DNA of 64,000 nucleotides from a virus: IMG/VR virus record IMGVR_UViG_3300009151_000057, positions 1 to 64,000 of that record; one strand, 5' to 3'. Shown piece by piece: positions 49,996 to 57,992 of this stretch (position 1 is its first letter; each line of letters starts with the position of its first letter). The notes under the pieces were generated by a model. It saw only the letters and a program-made list of their open reading frames with translations, ran no database searches and was not told where the DNA came from. The position numbers and the translations under genes were made by a program.

Positions 49996-49998
49996 CTT
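49974..49998 (+). repeat. 25-bp direct repeat, copy 1 (tRNA-Tyr 3' end)
   Basis: GGATCGTTACCCACATCTCCCACTT, identical at 52196-52220. Confidence 0.95.
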
Positions 49999-50001
49999 GT
50001 T

Positions 50002-50799
50002 ATGATTATAAATATAGATCAGCTAGAAATACATGCTGCGCATATTTGTAATTTAAATTGTGAAAGCTGTTCTCATTTTTCAAATTCCAAACATAAAGGC
50101 TTTGTATCTATAGAAGATGCAGAATATTGGTTATCACAATGGTCAAAAAGAATAAATCCTAAAAAATTTAAAATTGTTGGAGGAGAACCAACATTAAATC
50201 CAAATTTAATAGATTTTTTACAAATTTGCAGGAAGTATTTTCCAAATTCATCTTTTGATTTATTAACTAATGGATTTTTCTTACATAATCATTTAGACTT
50301 ACCAAAAACTTTATTAGATTTAAATATAGATTTATATTTATCTATTCATGATGATTCAAACCAATATATTGAAAAATTAAAAAATATTGAAAATTTAATT
50401 TCTTGTTGGCGAAAAAAATATCCATTTAATTATTACACTTATAATAAAAGAGATTTAAATTCTTGGACGAGAAGGTATCATGGTTTTGGAGAAAACGTAA
50501 AACCATTTGATGATAAAAATCCAAAAAAAAGTTGGGAAATTTGTCCAGCTAAAAAATGTATGCAATTATTTGATAATAAATTATGGAAATGCTGTTTAAT
50601 AACTTATTTAAATTTACAAAAACAAAAATATCCAAATTTAAGTAGTGAATGGGATAAATATTTAAAATATAAACCGTTAGAAATTAATTGTTCTGAAGAA
50701 GAATTAATTGATTTCTCTTTAAGAAAAGAAGAAGATATTTGTGGCATGTGTCCATCAGAAAAAATATTCTTTAAAAAGAAGTCTCCTTTAACGAATTAA
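50002..50799 (+). CDS. Radical SAM protein
   Basis: CNLNCESCSH (CX3CX2C), GGEPTL, TNG, Cys-rich C-terminus. Confidence 0.92.
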   Translation: MIINIDQLEIHAAHICNLNCESCSHFSNSKHKGFVSIEDAEYWLSQWSKRINPKKFKIVGGEPTLNPNLIDFLQICRKYFPNSSFDLLTNGFFLHNHLDLPKTLLDLNIDLYLSIHDDSNQYIEKLKNIENLISCWRKKYPFNYYTYNKRDLNSWTRRYHGFGENVKPFDDKNPKKSWEICPAKKCMQLFDNKLWKCCLITYLNLQKQKYPNLSSEWDKYLKYKPLEINCSEEELIDFSLRKEEDICGMCPSEKIFFKKKSPLTN

Positions 50800-50830
50800 T
50801 TATTTTACTTAATTCTGTGTAAAATATTTT

Positions 50831-52195
50831 ATGAAAGACTGTGGAAATCATCCAAACTCCTTTTCAACAAAAAGAGAGTTTTTAACTAATTTTGGTTGGG
50901 GGCTTGGAGGATTATCTCTAGCTTCAATACTTGGAGTAAATCCAATAACGGCTGAAGCCGTTTCTCCATTGGTTGCGAAACCATCTCATTTTCCAGTTAA
51001 AGCAAAAGCAGTAATTCAATTGTTTGCTTCTGGCGCTCCATCTCATGTAGATACATTTGATTATAAACCAGAACTCCAAAAGAGAGATGGAATGAAAGAC
51101 AGCTATGGTAATTTATTAGCTTCTCCTTTTAACTTTCCACAGTTTGGAAAGTCTGGATTACATATTTCAGAAGTTTGGTCTAAACTTGGTCAACACGCTG
51201 ACAGCATGGCAATAATAAATTCCATGCAAACTGATATTCCAGATCATGGTATTGCTCAAAAAATGATGAATACTGGATCAACACAATTACCAAAACCTAG
51301 TCTTGGTAGTTGGTTAACATATGGTTTGGGAACAGCAAACCAAAACATGCCAGCATTTATTACATTAAATGGTTCTCCAGATTGGAGGCAATGTGCATTT
51401 TTACCAGGCATGTTTCAAGGATGCAACGTCCAGTATCGCACAGGTATGAAATCTGATGAGATTTTATCAAATCTTCGTAGCGAGTTTTCGACATTGGATA
51501 GACAAAGAAGGCAGCTTGAACTAGCCAAGTCAATGAATATTGAGCACATGTCTAGACTTCAAAAAGATTCTCAACTTGAAGCAAGAATAGAGGCATTTGA
51601 AACCGCATTTAAAATGCAAACGGAGGCATCCGACGCTTTTGATATTTCAAAAGAGCCACAAAATATTCGCGATCTATATGGAACAAATGAAGAAGCGAAT
51701 AAAATGATTGTTGCTCGCAGATTAGTTGAAAGAGGTGTTCGTTTTGTACAAGTTCATGTTGGTGGATATGATCATCATTCTGATATTAAAACTGCAATGA
51801 CAAATACTGCAATGCGATATGATCAAGCTTTTGCGGGACTTTTAACTGATTTAAAACAAAGAGGATTATTGGATTCTACTTTAGTAATTTGGGGAGGAGA
51901 ATTTGGTAGAACTGTTACTGCTGGAGGTGGCGCAGGAGCACCTGGCAGAGATCATAATGGAAAAGCATTTTCTGTATGGATGGCGGGCGGCAACGTCAAA
52001 GGAGGTCAACGCTATGGAGAAACTGATGAAACAGGTGGTAAATCAATTAAGGATATTGTTCATATACATGATCTTCACGCTACAATTCTTAACCTTATGG
52101 GCTTTGATCATACTAAGTTAACATATAACTACAATGGTCGCGAATTTAGATTGACAGATAATTTCGGCAATGTTATAAAAGAATTAGTTAGTTAA
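50831..52195 (+). CDS. DUF1501 family protein with Tat-like signal
   Basis: KREFL..G.G.GGL.L, KAKAVI.LF..GAPSHVDTFDYKP, ARRLVERGVRFVQ, GEFGRT, GRDHN, GREFRLTD. Confidence 0.92.
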   Translation: MKDCGNHPNSFSTKREFLTNFGWGLGGLSLASILGVNPITAEAVSPLVAKPSHFPVKAKAVIQLFASGAPSHVDTFDYKPELQKRDGMKDSYGNLLASPFNFPQFGKSGLHISEVWSKLGQHADSMAIINSMQTDIPDHGIAQKMMNTGSTQLPKPSLGSWLTYGLGTANQNMPAFITLNGSPDWRQCAFLPGMFQGCNVQYRTGMKSDEILSNLRSEFSTLDRQRRQLELAKSMNIEHMSRLQKDSQLEARIEAFETAFKMQTEASDAFDISKEPQNIRDLYGTNEEANKMIVARRLVERGVRFVQVHVGGYDHHSDIKTAMTNTAMRYDQAFAGLLTDLKQRGLLDSTLVIWGGEFGRTVTAGGGAGAPGRDHNGKAFSVWMAGGNVKGGQRYGETDETGGKSIKDIVHIHDLHATILNLMGFDHTKLTYNYNGREFRLTDNFGNVIKELVS

Positions 52196-52220
52196 GGATC
52201 GTTACCCACATCTCCCACTT
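52196..52220 (+). repeat. 25-bp direct repeat, copy 2
   Basis: Identical to 49974-49998. Confidence 0.95.
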
Positions 52221-52549
52221 TTTTTAATTAGTGCTAATTTTTCTTGTGCATCTTTCTCGACATTTGGATTGAAAGATTTCCAATCTCCCAAATGTCCAAT
52301 TTTTAAATGACATTGTTCAGATTTTTCTTCGCATAATGTAATTAAATTATTTTGATCTAATTCCAATTCTGGATGCAAATGAAATGGTTGTTTGTGATGA
52401 ACTTGTAAGTCTTGAACTTTTCCACAAGCAACACAAAAAGGTTGCAATTTAAGATGATTTTTCCTAGTAGTTTCCCAATGAGTGGATCTTAAAGATAAAG
52501 GTTTTCCATTTAATTTTTCTTTAATTGAATTTATTATTCTTGTAATCAT
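52202..52549 (-). CDS. HNH endonuclease
   Basis: CVACG..LQVHH...NLITLC...CH...GH. Confidence 0.88.
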   Translation of the reverse strand: MITRIINSIKEKLNGKPLSLRSTHWETTRKNHLKLQPFCVACGKVQDLQVHHKQPFHLHPELELDQNNLITLCEEKSEQCHLKIGHLGDWKSFNPNVEKDAQEKLALIKKSGRCG

Positions 52550-52564
52550 TTTATTATAATTACA

Positions 52565-52594
52565 CGCGATGTCGCCTAGCGGTTATGGCGCTTG
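52565..52594 (+). pseudogene. 5' fragment of a tRNA (acceptor strand and D-arm only)
   Basis: CGCGATG-TC-GCCT-AGCGGTTA-TGGC-G-CTTG then AT-rich sequence. Confidence 0.55.
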
Positions 52595-52624
52595 AATTGT
52601 TATTATTTTTAGTAGTAAAAAAAG

Positions 52625-52704
52625 TCTCTGGTGGGGGAACGGTAGACCCAGAAAGCTGTTAACTTTCCGCGAAAGCACTGTACGTTCGAATCGTACCCAG
52701 AGAG
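52625..52704 (+). tRNA. tRNA-Asn(GTT) with long variable arm
   Basis: TCTCTGG/CCAGAGA-G; GAAAG-CT-GTT-AA-CTTTC; 12-nt variable region; GTACG-TTCGAAT-CGTAC. Confidence 0.85.
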
Positions 52705-52767
52705 TCAATTTTTTATCGTTGGCGCATAAAAAACAAGTTACCCTTCTTGCGAAAAAGGGATTTTTTC

Positions 52768-52842
52768 GCACCGTGACTCAGATGGCTAGGGGACAGTCTG
52801 CAAAACTGTATTAAACTGGTTCGATTCCAGTACGGTGCTCCA
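52768..52842 (+). tRNA. tRNA-Cys(GCA)
   Basis: GCACCGT/ACGGTGC-T-CCA; ACAGT-CT-GCA-AA-ACTGT; TTCGATT. Confidence 0.9.
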
Positions 52843-52862
52843 TTTTAAAGTGTAAAAACGAT

Positions 52863-53054
52863 ATGTCTTTAGATAAGGCTATACAATATGGTAAAGAGTA
52901 TCGTAAAAAATATTTTGACAGCAGAAGTTTCGATCCGCATTGTCGCAACAATGAGCGCTGCTCTTATTGCAGGGACAATAGGCTATATTCTACAAACAAA
53001 AGAAAACGCAAAGCAAATTACGAAATAAAAGAATGGATAGAAAATCCAAATTAA
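52863..53054 (+). CDS. Small Cys/Arg-rich hypothetical protein
   Basis: D..CRN...C.YC..NR; GTGTAA upstream. Confidence 0.65.
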   Translation: MSLDKAIQYGKEYRKKYFDSRSFDPHCRNNERCSYCRDNRLYSTNKRKRKANYEIKEWIENPN

Positions 53055-53446
53055 CATGGTGGTTAGACTTAGCAAAAGTCGGAGCTACTAGAAGTGAAGA
53101 TCCTTGGTATAAAGTTGGCGCAATTGGAATCAGAGAAGATGGATCTATTGCTGGAGTTTCTTATAATGGCGCACCACCAAAAATTGAAATAGATTGGTCA
53201 AATAGAGATGAGCGTAGAAAATACGTGGTTCATGCAGAGACTAATTTATTAAGATATATAAAACCAAATGAATGTCCAGTAGTTGCTGTTACATTAGCCC
53301 CATGTTTTGATTGTCTTAAAAATTTAGCAAGTTACGGAGTAAAGAAAATTTATTTTTCAGAATATTACGAGAAATGTAATGCAGATGAATTGCATAACAT
53401 GGCAGACTTATTTAAAATAGAATTATTTCATGTCTCTGACCATTAA
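53033..53446 (+). CDS. dCMP deaminase
   Basis: RSED..KVGA, YNG, HAE.N, PC..C. Confidence 0.92.
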   Translation: MDRKSKLTWWLDLAKVGATRSEDPWYKVGAIGIREDGSIAGVSYNGAPPKIEIDWSNRDERRKYVVHAETNLLRYIKPNECPVVAVTLAPCFDCLKNLASYGVKKIYFSEYYEKCNADELHNMADLFKIELFHVSDH

Positions 53447-53517
53447 GATTCAAATCGCTCAATTTATTGTCCAAATAATTGTTGGTGCTGGCATTTTGAT
53501 TCAAGGCTATATTTTAC

Positions 53518-53733
53518 TTAAACGAGGCCGATAACATCGCCTTTTCGTACATCATCCCAAGTAACAGGTTCAGACGCTTTTGCTTTTTGCTTTTTTCTAT
53601 TCTTGTATTGTGAGTAGCAAACTGCCACCCTTTGTTTTTGATCTTTATAATCATTTTTCATAATATCGTCACCCATGCAACGATTAATAAATTCACTTTC
53701 TTCTTCTTTTTTATGTGGGGTTGGTAGAGGCAT
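53518..53733 (-). CDS. Conserved phage hypothetical protein
   Basis: MPLPTP..EE.EFI.RCM.D...QR.AVCY motif; GTGTAT upstream. Confidence 0.7.
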   Translation of the reverse strand: MPLPTPHKKEEESEFINRCMGDDIMKNDYKDQKQRVAVCYSQYKNRKKQKAKASEPVTWDDVRKGDVIGLV

Positions 53734-53789
53734 ATAATCAATAATACACTTGACTTTCTAAAAAATCTAAGCATAATCATTCCATACTC

Positions 53790-54716
53790 ATGAAAATTTT
53801 AATTATTGATTCCCATAAAGGTGGGCCTAAATTAACAAATAACTTGCATCTTCTAAATGCAAATTTAATTGCTAAAGAAATAAATGCCGATCTTATCTGG
53901 TCTTATAAGACTGTTAATGATGATATTAAGTCTGGGTATGATGTGATTATTTTTAATCATGCATCTCAATATTCTTTTGTAGATTATGCTTGGTTACAAG
54001 CAAGTCCAAATGCAAAACTATTTTATATCACAAATGAATATAATTTAGGCGAACCCCGCGCTCTTTGGATGGGAATTAAAGAAGGTAGGCGTTATGATGT
54101 AATCGCTAATCATTCAAACGAACCAAGTAAAGTTGTAAGAAAGTATGTTGATAATTGGCACATTACAAATTTAAATACTTTAGTATTTGATCCTCAAGAT
54201 ATTTCTGTAAAAGATAAGAAAGGATTAATTTATTACGGCTCTTTCCGAAAAGATCGCACAAAGTATTTTCAAAAATATTTACAAGGAGACATAACGGTAT
54301 CTACACATAAGAAGAACATTGAAAAATTTAATTCTGTATCAGTTAATGCTAATTTTATTGATAGAGTAAAATGGTGTAAAGAGGGTCTTGCTCAATATAC
54401 TACATCATTATATATTGAAGACGAAAAGACACACGAACATTATAATCATTTAGCTAATCGATTTTATGAAGCATTAAATTATAATGTATTACCTATCTTT
54501 TCAAAAGAGTGTTTAAATACAATAGTTAAATCTGGATATCCAATTCATCCTTCAACAATTTTTGATTCAGTTGAAGAAATGTATCAAATAAAAGATTACT
54601 TAGAAACCGCTGAACTATTTAAATATAGACTTCTTCTGGAATATAAAAAGAACGCAGCTATTGAAAAGAAAAAAACAATAGAAACAATTAAAAATATTAT
54701 TTATGGGAATGTTTGA
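53790..54716 (+). CDS. GT-B glycosyltransferase resembling T4 DNA beta-glucosyltransferase
   Basis: LIYYGSFRKDR and SLYIED...YN.LANRFYEAL; TTGACT-16-CATAAT promoter. Confidence 0.6.
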   Translation: MKILIIDSHKGGPKLTNNLHLLNANLIAKEINADLIWSYKTVNDDIKSGYDVIIFNHASQYSFVDYAWLQASPNAKLFYITNEYNLGEPRALWMGIKEGRRYDVIANHSNEPSKVVRKYVDNWHITNLNTLVFDPQDISVKDKKGLIYYGSFRKDRTKYFQKYLQGDITVSTHKKNIEKFNSVSVNANFIDRVKWCKEGLAQYTTSLYIEDEKTHEHYNHLANRFYEALNYNVLPIFSKECLNTIVKSGYPIHPSTIFDSVEEMYQIKDYLETAELFKYRLLLEYKKNAAIEKKKTIETIKNIIYGNV

Positions 54717-55344
54717 TGGAGTTTATGTAGCAAAATCTTTAATTGACGAAGTTCTTAAAGATACGGATATCAAGATGGAATCTTTTGAGGGTTATTACGA
54801 TTTTCAAACAAAAGACCTCGATAATGTAATGTGTTCTTTTTATATTGAAGCTGATGGAAGTTTTTGTTGGGAGAAATTAAACCAAGAGTATATACCCCCA
54901 ACGAAGGGGAAAGAAAAAAAAGGTAGATGGAATATTGGAGAAATGAGAGAAATTTCTCCCCCAGAAAAAATCGAAGATACTCGCACTGCTTATATAGAAT
55001 TTTACGATGGCTTCGCGTCGGAAATTGAACGAATTTTTATTACATTTAAAGCTCATGTTAAATGTGGAAAGTTACAAGAGCCGATTTCTATTTTAAGTAT
55101 TGAAAGATCAAATTTAGAACAAGAAGCCATTCAAACAAAACTTTTTGATGAAAAGTGGCAAAAGATCAAAAAAGATAAAAGATGGATTATCGGATCTGCG
55201 ATAAGAGAAATTAGATATAAAATTTCTAGATTTTTCTCTCCGATTAGTCGTAAAATTGATAAGTTACAAAGCAATCTTTTAGATTCAGCAAGAGAGAAGC
55301 AGTTTCCGAAAGAAAAAGAATATAGAGATTCGTATTATGAATAA
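54703..55344 (+). CDS. Hypothetical phage protein
   Basis: MGMFD...FQTKDLD motif. Confidence 0.7.
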   Translation: MGMFDGVYVAKSLIDEVLKDTDIKMESFEGYYDFQTKDLDNVMCSFYIEADGSFCWEKLNQEYIPPTKGKEKKGRWNIGEMREISPPEKIEDTRTAYIEFYDGFASEIERIFITFKAHVKCGKLQEPISILSIERSNLEQEAIQTKLFDEKWQKIKKDKRWIIGSAIREIRYKISRFFSPISRKIDKLQSNLLDSAREKQFPKEKEYRDSYYE

Positions 55345-56047
55345 TTTAATTATTGGCGATGTCCATACAAAATTTGAAAAAGTAGAAAAAATTATCAAAG
55401 ATTATGATTGTCCAGTGATTTTTATTGGCGATTATTTTGATGATTTTGATGACGATGCCGAAATAAATAAAAGTACAGCAGAATGGCTAAAAGAATCGTT
55501 AACGAAACCAAATAGGATTCATTTATTTGGAAATCATGATTTCCAATATAGGATTAAACCTATAGGCATGGTAGCATATTCTGGATTTCATTATAAAAAA
55601 TATGAAAAAATTAATGAAGTCATGACCGAAGATGATTGGGATAAACTCAAATATTTTCATTCAATTGATAAATATTGGTTCTCTCATGCTGGAATTACTG
55701 AATATTGGTTTCAACATCCTGTATTAGGATTAACAGTCGAAGGCATCAATGAAATTATTTCAAAAGCAAAAGAAGCCGTAAAAGTTTCAGATCTTGAAGG
55801 GGCGCAACCTTTAATCGCCGCTGATTATTACAGGGGCGGTAGACATCGAAAAGGAGGATTGCTTTGGAATCATGATGCAAATACTGATTACATTGGTGGA
55901 ATTACGCAAATCTATGGACATACCGAACATAATGAAATTCAAGTTAAGAGAGCATTAAATAATGTTACAATCAACGTAGATACTGGTTTAAGAGAAGTGC
56001 TTGAATTAGATACAGATCTCAATATGTGGAAAATTAAAAAAGTTTAA
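55337..56047 (+). CDS. Calcineurin-like metallophosphoesterase
   Basis: GDVH, GDYFD, GNHD, SHAG, GHT, VDTG. Confidence 0.92.
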   Translation: MNNLIIGDVHTKFEKVEKIIKDYDCPVIFIGDYFDDFDDDAEINKSTAEWLKESLTKPNRIHLFGNHDFQYRIKPIGMVAYSGFHYKKYEKINEVMTEDDWDKLKYFHSIDKYWFSHAGITEYWFQHPVLGLTVEGINEIISKAKEAVKVSDLEGAQPLIAADYYRGGRHRKGGLLWNHDANTDYIGGITQIYGHTEHNEIQVKRALNNVTINVDTGLREVLELDTDLNMWKIKKV

Positions 56048-56048
56048 T

Positions 56049-56408
56049 ATGATAAATACGCCTAACCATAAATACGTACATAAGGGATGGGGATACGAAC
56101 TATGGATCACCAATACAGATAAATATTGTGGAAAACTTTTGTATATACAAAAAGATAAAAAACTTTCTTGGCATTATCATAAGTTAAAGGATGAAGTCAT
56201 GTACGTCCAAGAAGGGACTATTATCATCACTTATGGTTATGACGAAGACATTAATAAAGCTGAAACAATTAAATTAGAAGTTGGAGATAGTTTTCATATT
56301 CCAGTAGGTTTAATTCATAGAATTTCAGCAATTAAAAACGCACAAGTATTTGAGTTTTCAACTCAACATTTTGATGAAGATTCTATTCGCGTAGAGAAAG
56401 GAGATTAA
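56049..56408 (+). CDS. Cupin (mannose-6-phosphate isomerase type II-like)
   Basis: KGWG.E, SWHYH..KDE, G..HR. Confidence 0.85.
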   Translation: MINTPNHKYVHKGWGYELWITNTDKYCGKLLYIQKDKKLSWHYHKLKDEVMYVQEGTIIITYGYDEDINKAETIKLEVGDSFHIPVGLIHRISAIKNAQVFEFSTQHFDEDSIRVEKGD

Positions 56409-56409
56409 T

Positions 56410-56685
56410 ATGTTATTATCACTAATCGCTAATTTAATTAAAGCAATATCAGCATATTTAGAACTTAAAAACAAATCATTTTATTATGACATCCTCGAAA
56501 AATCAAGAAACCGTCAATCACAACTTACTAAAGAAATCGAAAAACTTAGGGCTGAAGGCACTAACGACTCTAACGATATCGCTGATGCTATCTTCATGCA
56601 ATTCTGTGCCGAGCAAAAGTACTGCAAACATTTATCAGCCACTTATTCTCCGATTGAAAGCAAAGCAGCAGATTCAAACAAGTGA
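56410..56685 (+). CDS. Candidate inner-membrane spanin (Rz-like)
   Basis: N-terminal hydrophobic helix then coiled coil; overlapped by a lipoprotein ORF. Confidence 0.55.
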   Translation: MLLSLIANLIKAISAYLELKNKSFYYDILEKSRNRQSQLTKEIEKLRAEGTNDSNDIADAIFMQFCAEQKYCKHLSATYSPIESKAADSNK

Positions 56686-56770
56686 TGGTGCATATACACC
56701 AGAAACTGATGAAGTTTGGCATAGCGATTACCGTTTTCGTAAATTGGAACGTCAAGTAACAATGCAATAA
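56486..56770 (+). CDS. Candidate outer-membrane lipoprotein spanin (Rz1-like)
   Basis: Lipobox LSSC after basic and hydrophobic stretch; +1 frame overlap. Confidence 0.55.
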   Translation: MTSSKNQETVNHNLLKKSKNLGLKALTTLTISLMLSSCNSVPSKSTANIYQPLILRLKAKQQIQTSDGAYTPETDEVWHSDYRFRKLERQVTMQ

Positions 56771-56771
56771 T

Positions 56772-57011
56772 ATGAAAACAATTTTTTTAAAAAATATTCA
56801 TTTTATCTTATTTGATGATTGGTTTACAAAACTATCAGAAAGTGAACAAGAATCTGTATTACAAAATACACCAGGTATAGAAAACTATTTGGGTGTTCAT
56901 TTAAAGAGTGAAGTTTTTGATGAAGAAAAAGGATTTGAATTTGAAATAATTGATGAAGATAGATGGAATACGGTAAAACAAATTCATGAATTTTTACAAA
57001 GCGTAGAATGA
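56772..57011 (+). CDS. Hypothetical protein
   Basis: Coupled ORF. Confidence 0.6.
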   Translation: MKTIFLKNIHFILFDDWFTKLSESEQESVLQNTPGIENYLGVHLKSEVFDEEKGFEFEIIDEDRWNTVKQIHEFLQSVE

Positions 57012-57709
57012 AAGTAGATTTAATTGATAAAATGGGGTCTGATTTATCAGTCGTTAATGCAGCTAGAGTCAGTTTTAGCAAACAATCTGAATGGAATTGT
57101 GATTATGTAGAACAAATTGATCCTGACTCTAGAACTATTTCACATGAATATACTAAATCCTTAAAAGAAGGAGATAAAAAATTAATTAATTTTCTTGCTC
57201 GCGAAAATCATTGGACTCCATTTGGCCATTGTTCCCTTCAATTTAGAATTAAAGCTCCAATTTTTGTCGCTCGTCAATTAGCAAAGCATCAAGTCGGACT
57301 TGTATCGAATGAAATCTCTCGCCGCTATGTAGATAGCGAACCAGAATTTTATTTTCCAGAAAAATGGAGAAAAAAGAATCCAGATAAAAAACAAGGCAGT
57401 TATGAAGATGAATTTGTTGATTTAAAGTTTGCGGAGGAATGTAATATAAAAAGTGTTGTTGAAATATGTAAAAATACATATAATGCAATGCTTAATATGG
57501 GAGTTTGTGCAGAGCAAGCTAGAATGATTCTTCCTCAAAACATGTATACTGAATGGTATTGGTCGGGAACATTATTCGCTTTCGCTAGAGTATGTAGACT
57601 TCGCGTTAAAAAAGATACACAAAAGGAAACGAGAGAAATAGCGGAAGAGATCTCAGAATTAGTATCAAAACATTTTCCAGTCTCTTGGGAAGCTCTTATG
57701 TGTAAATAA
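57008..57709 (+). CDS. thyX: FAD-dependent thymidylate synthase
   Basis: VVNAARVSF, HWTPF.H, APIFVARQL.KH, NEISRRY, EQARM.LP, TQ.E. Confidence 0.96.
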   Translation: MKVDLIDKMGSDLSVVNAARVSFSKQSEWNCDYVEQIDPDSRTISHEYTKSLKEGDKKLINFLARENHWTPFGHCSLQFRIKAPIFVARQLAKHQVGLVSNEISRRYVDSEPEFYFPEKWRKKNPDKKQGSYEDEFVDLKFAEECNIKSVVEICKNTYNAMLNMGVCAEQARMILPQNMYTEWYWSGTLFAFARVCRLRVKKDTQKETREIAEEISELVSKHFPVSWEALMCK

Positions 57710-57716
57710 TAGTATT

Positions 57717-57929
57717 ATGATACAGTTAATTACATGGGTTGGCTCCCACTCAGATCAAATCATAGGTGCTCTTACTTCGATTGTAACTGGAGCTTCTGCA
57801 CTAGCCGCATTAACTCCAACTCCCAAGGACGACACTTTTATCGGAAAATTATATAAAGTCATTGATTTCTTAGCTTTAAATATCGGCAAAGCTAAAGATA
57901 GCGGCAAAAAAGACGAAACACAAAAATAA
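57717..57929 (+). CDS. Small membrane protein (holin-like)
   Basis: AS..AALTPTPKDD...Y..ID.LALN.GKAK. Confidence 0.6.
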   Translation: MIQLITWVGSHSDQIIGALTSIVTGASALAALTPTPKDDTFIGKLYKVIDFLALNIGKAKDSGKKDETQK

Positions 57930-57947
57930 TTAATATTAATTTAATTT

Positions 57948-57976
57948 AACCTCCACTCAAAAGGTGGAGGTTTTTT
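57948..57976 (+). terminator. Rho-independent terminator
   Basis: CCTCCAC-TCAAAAG-GTGGAGG followed by T6. Confidence 0.88.
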
Positions 57977-57992
57977 ATTGTGTAAATATAGG

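Larger units (their letters stand above)
49999..52220 (+). mobile_element. Cassette inserted at tRNA-Tyr (radical SAM + DUF1501)
   Basis: Bounded by a duplication of the tRNA 3' end; no integrase inside. Confidence 0.7.

Noticed and set aside
52709..52760. ATAAAAAACAAG resembling a preQ1-I riboswitch tail
   Set aside because: No upstream preQ1 stem-loop consensus; the A-run simply pairs with the preceding T-run in a tRNA spacer
52583..52771. 62-aa minus-strand ORF
   Set aside because: Antisense to tRNA-Asn
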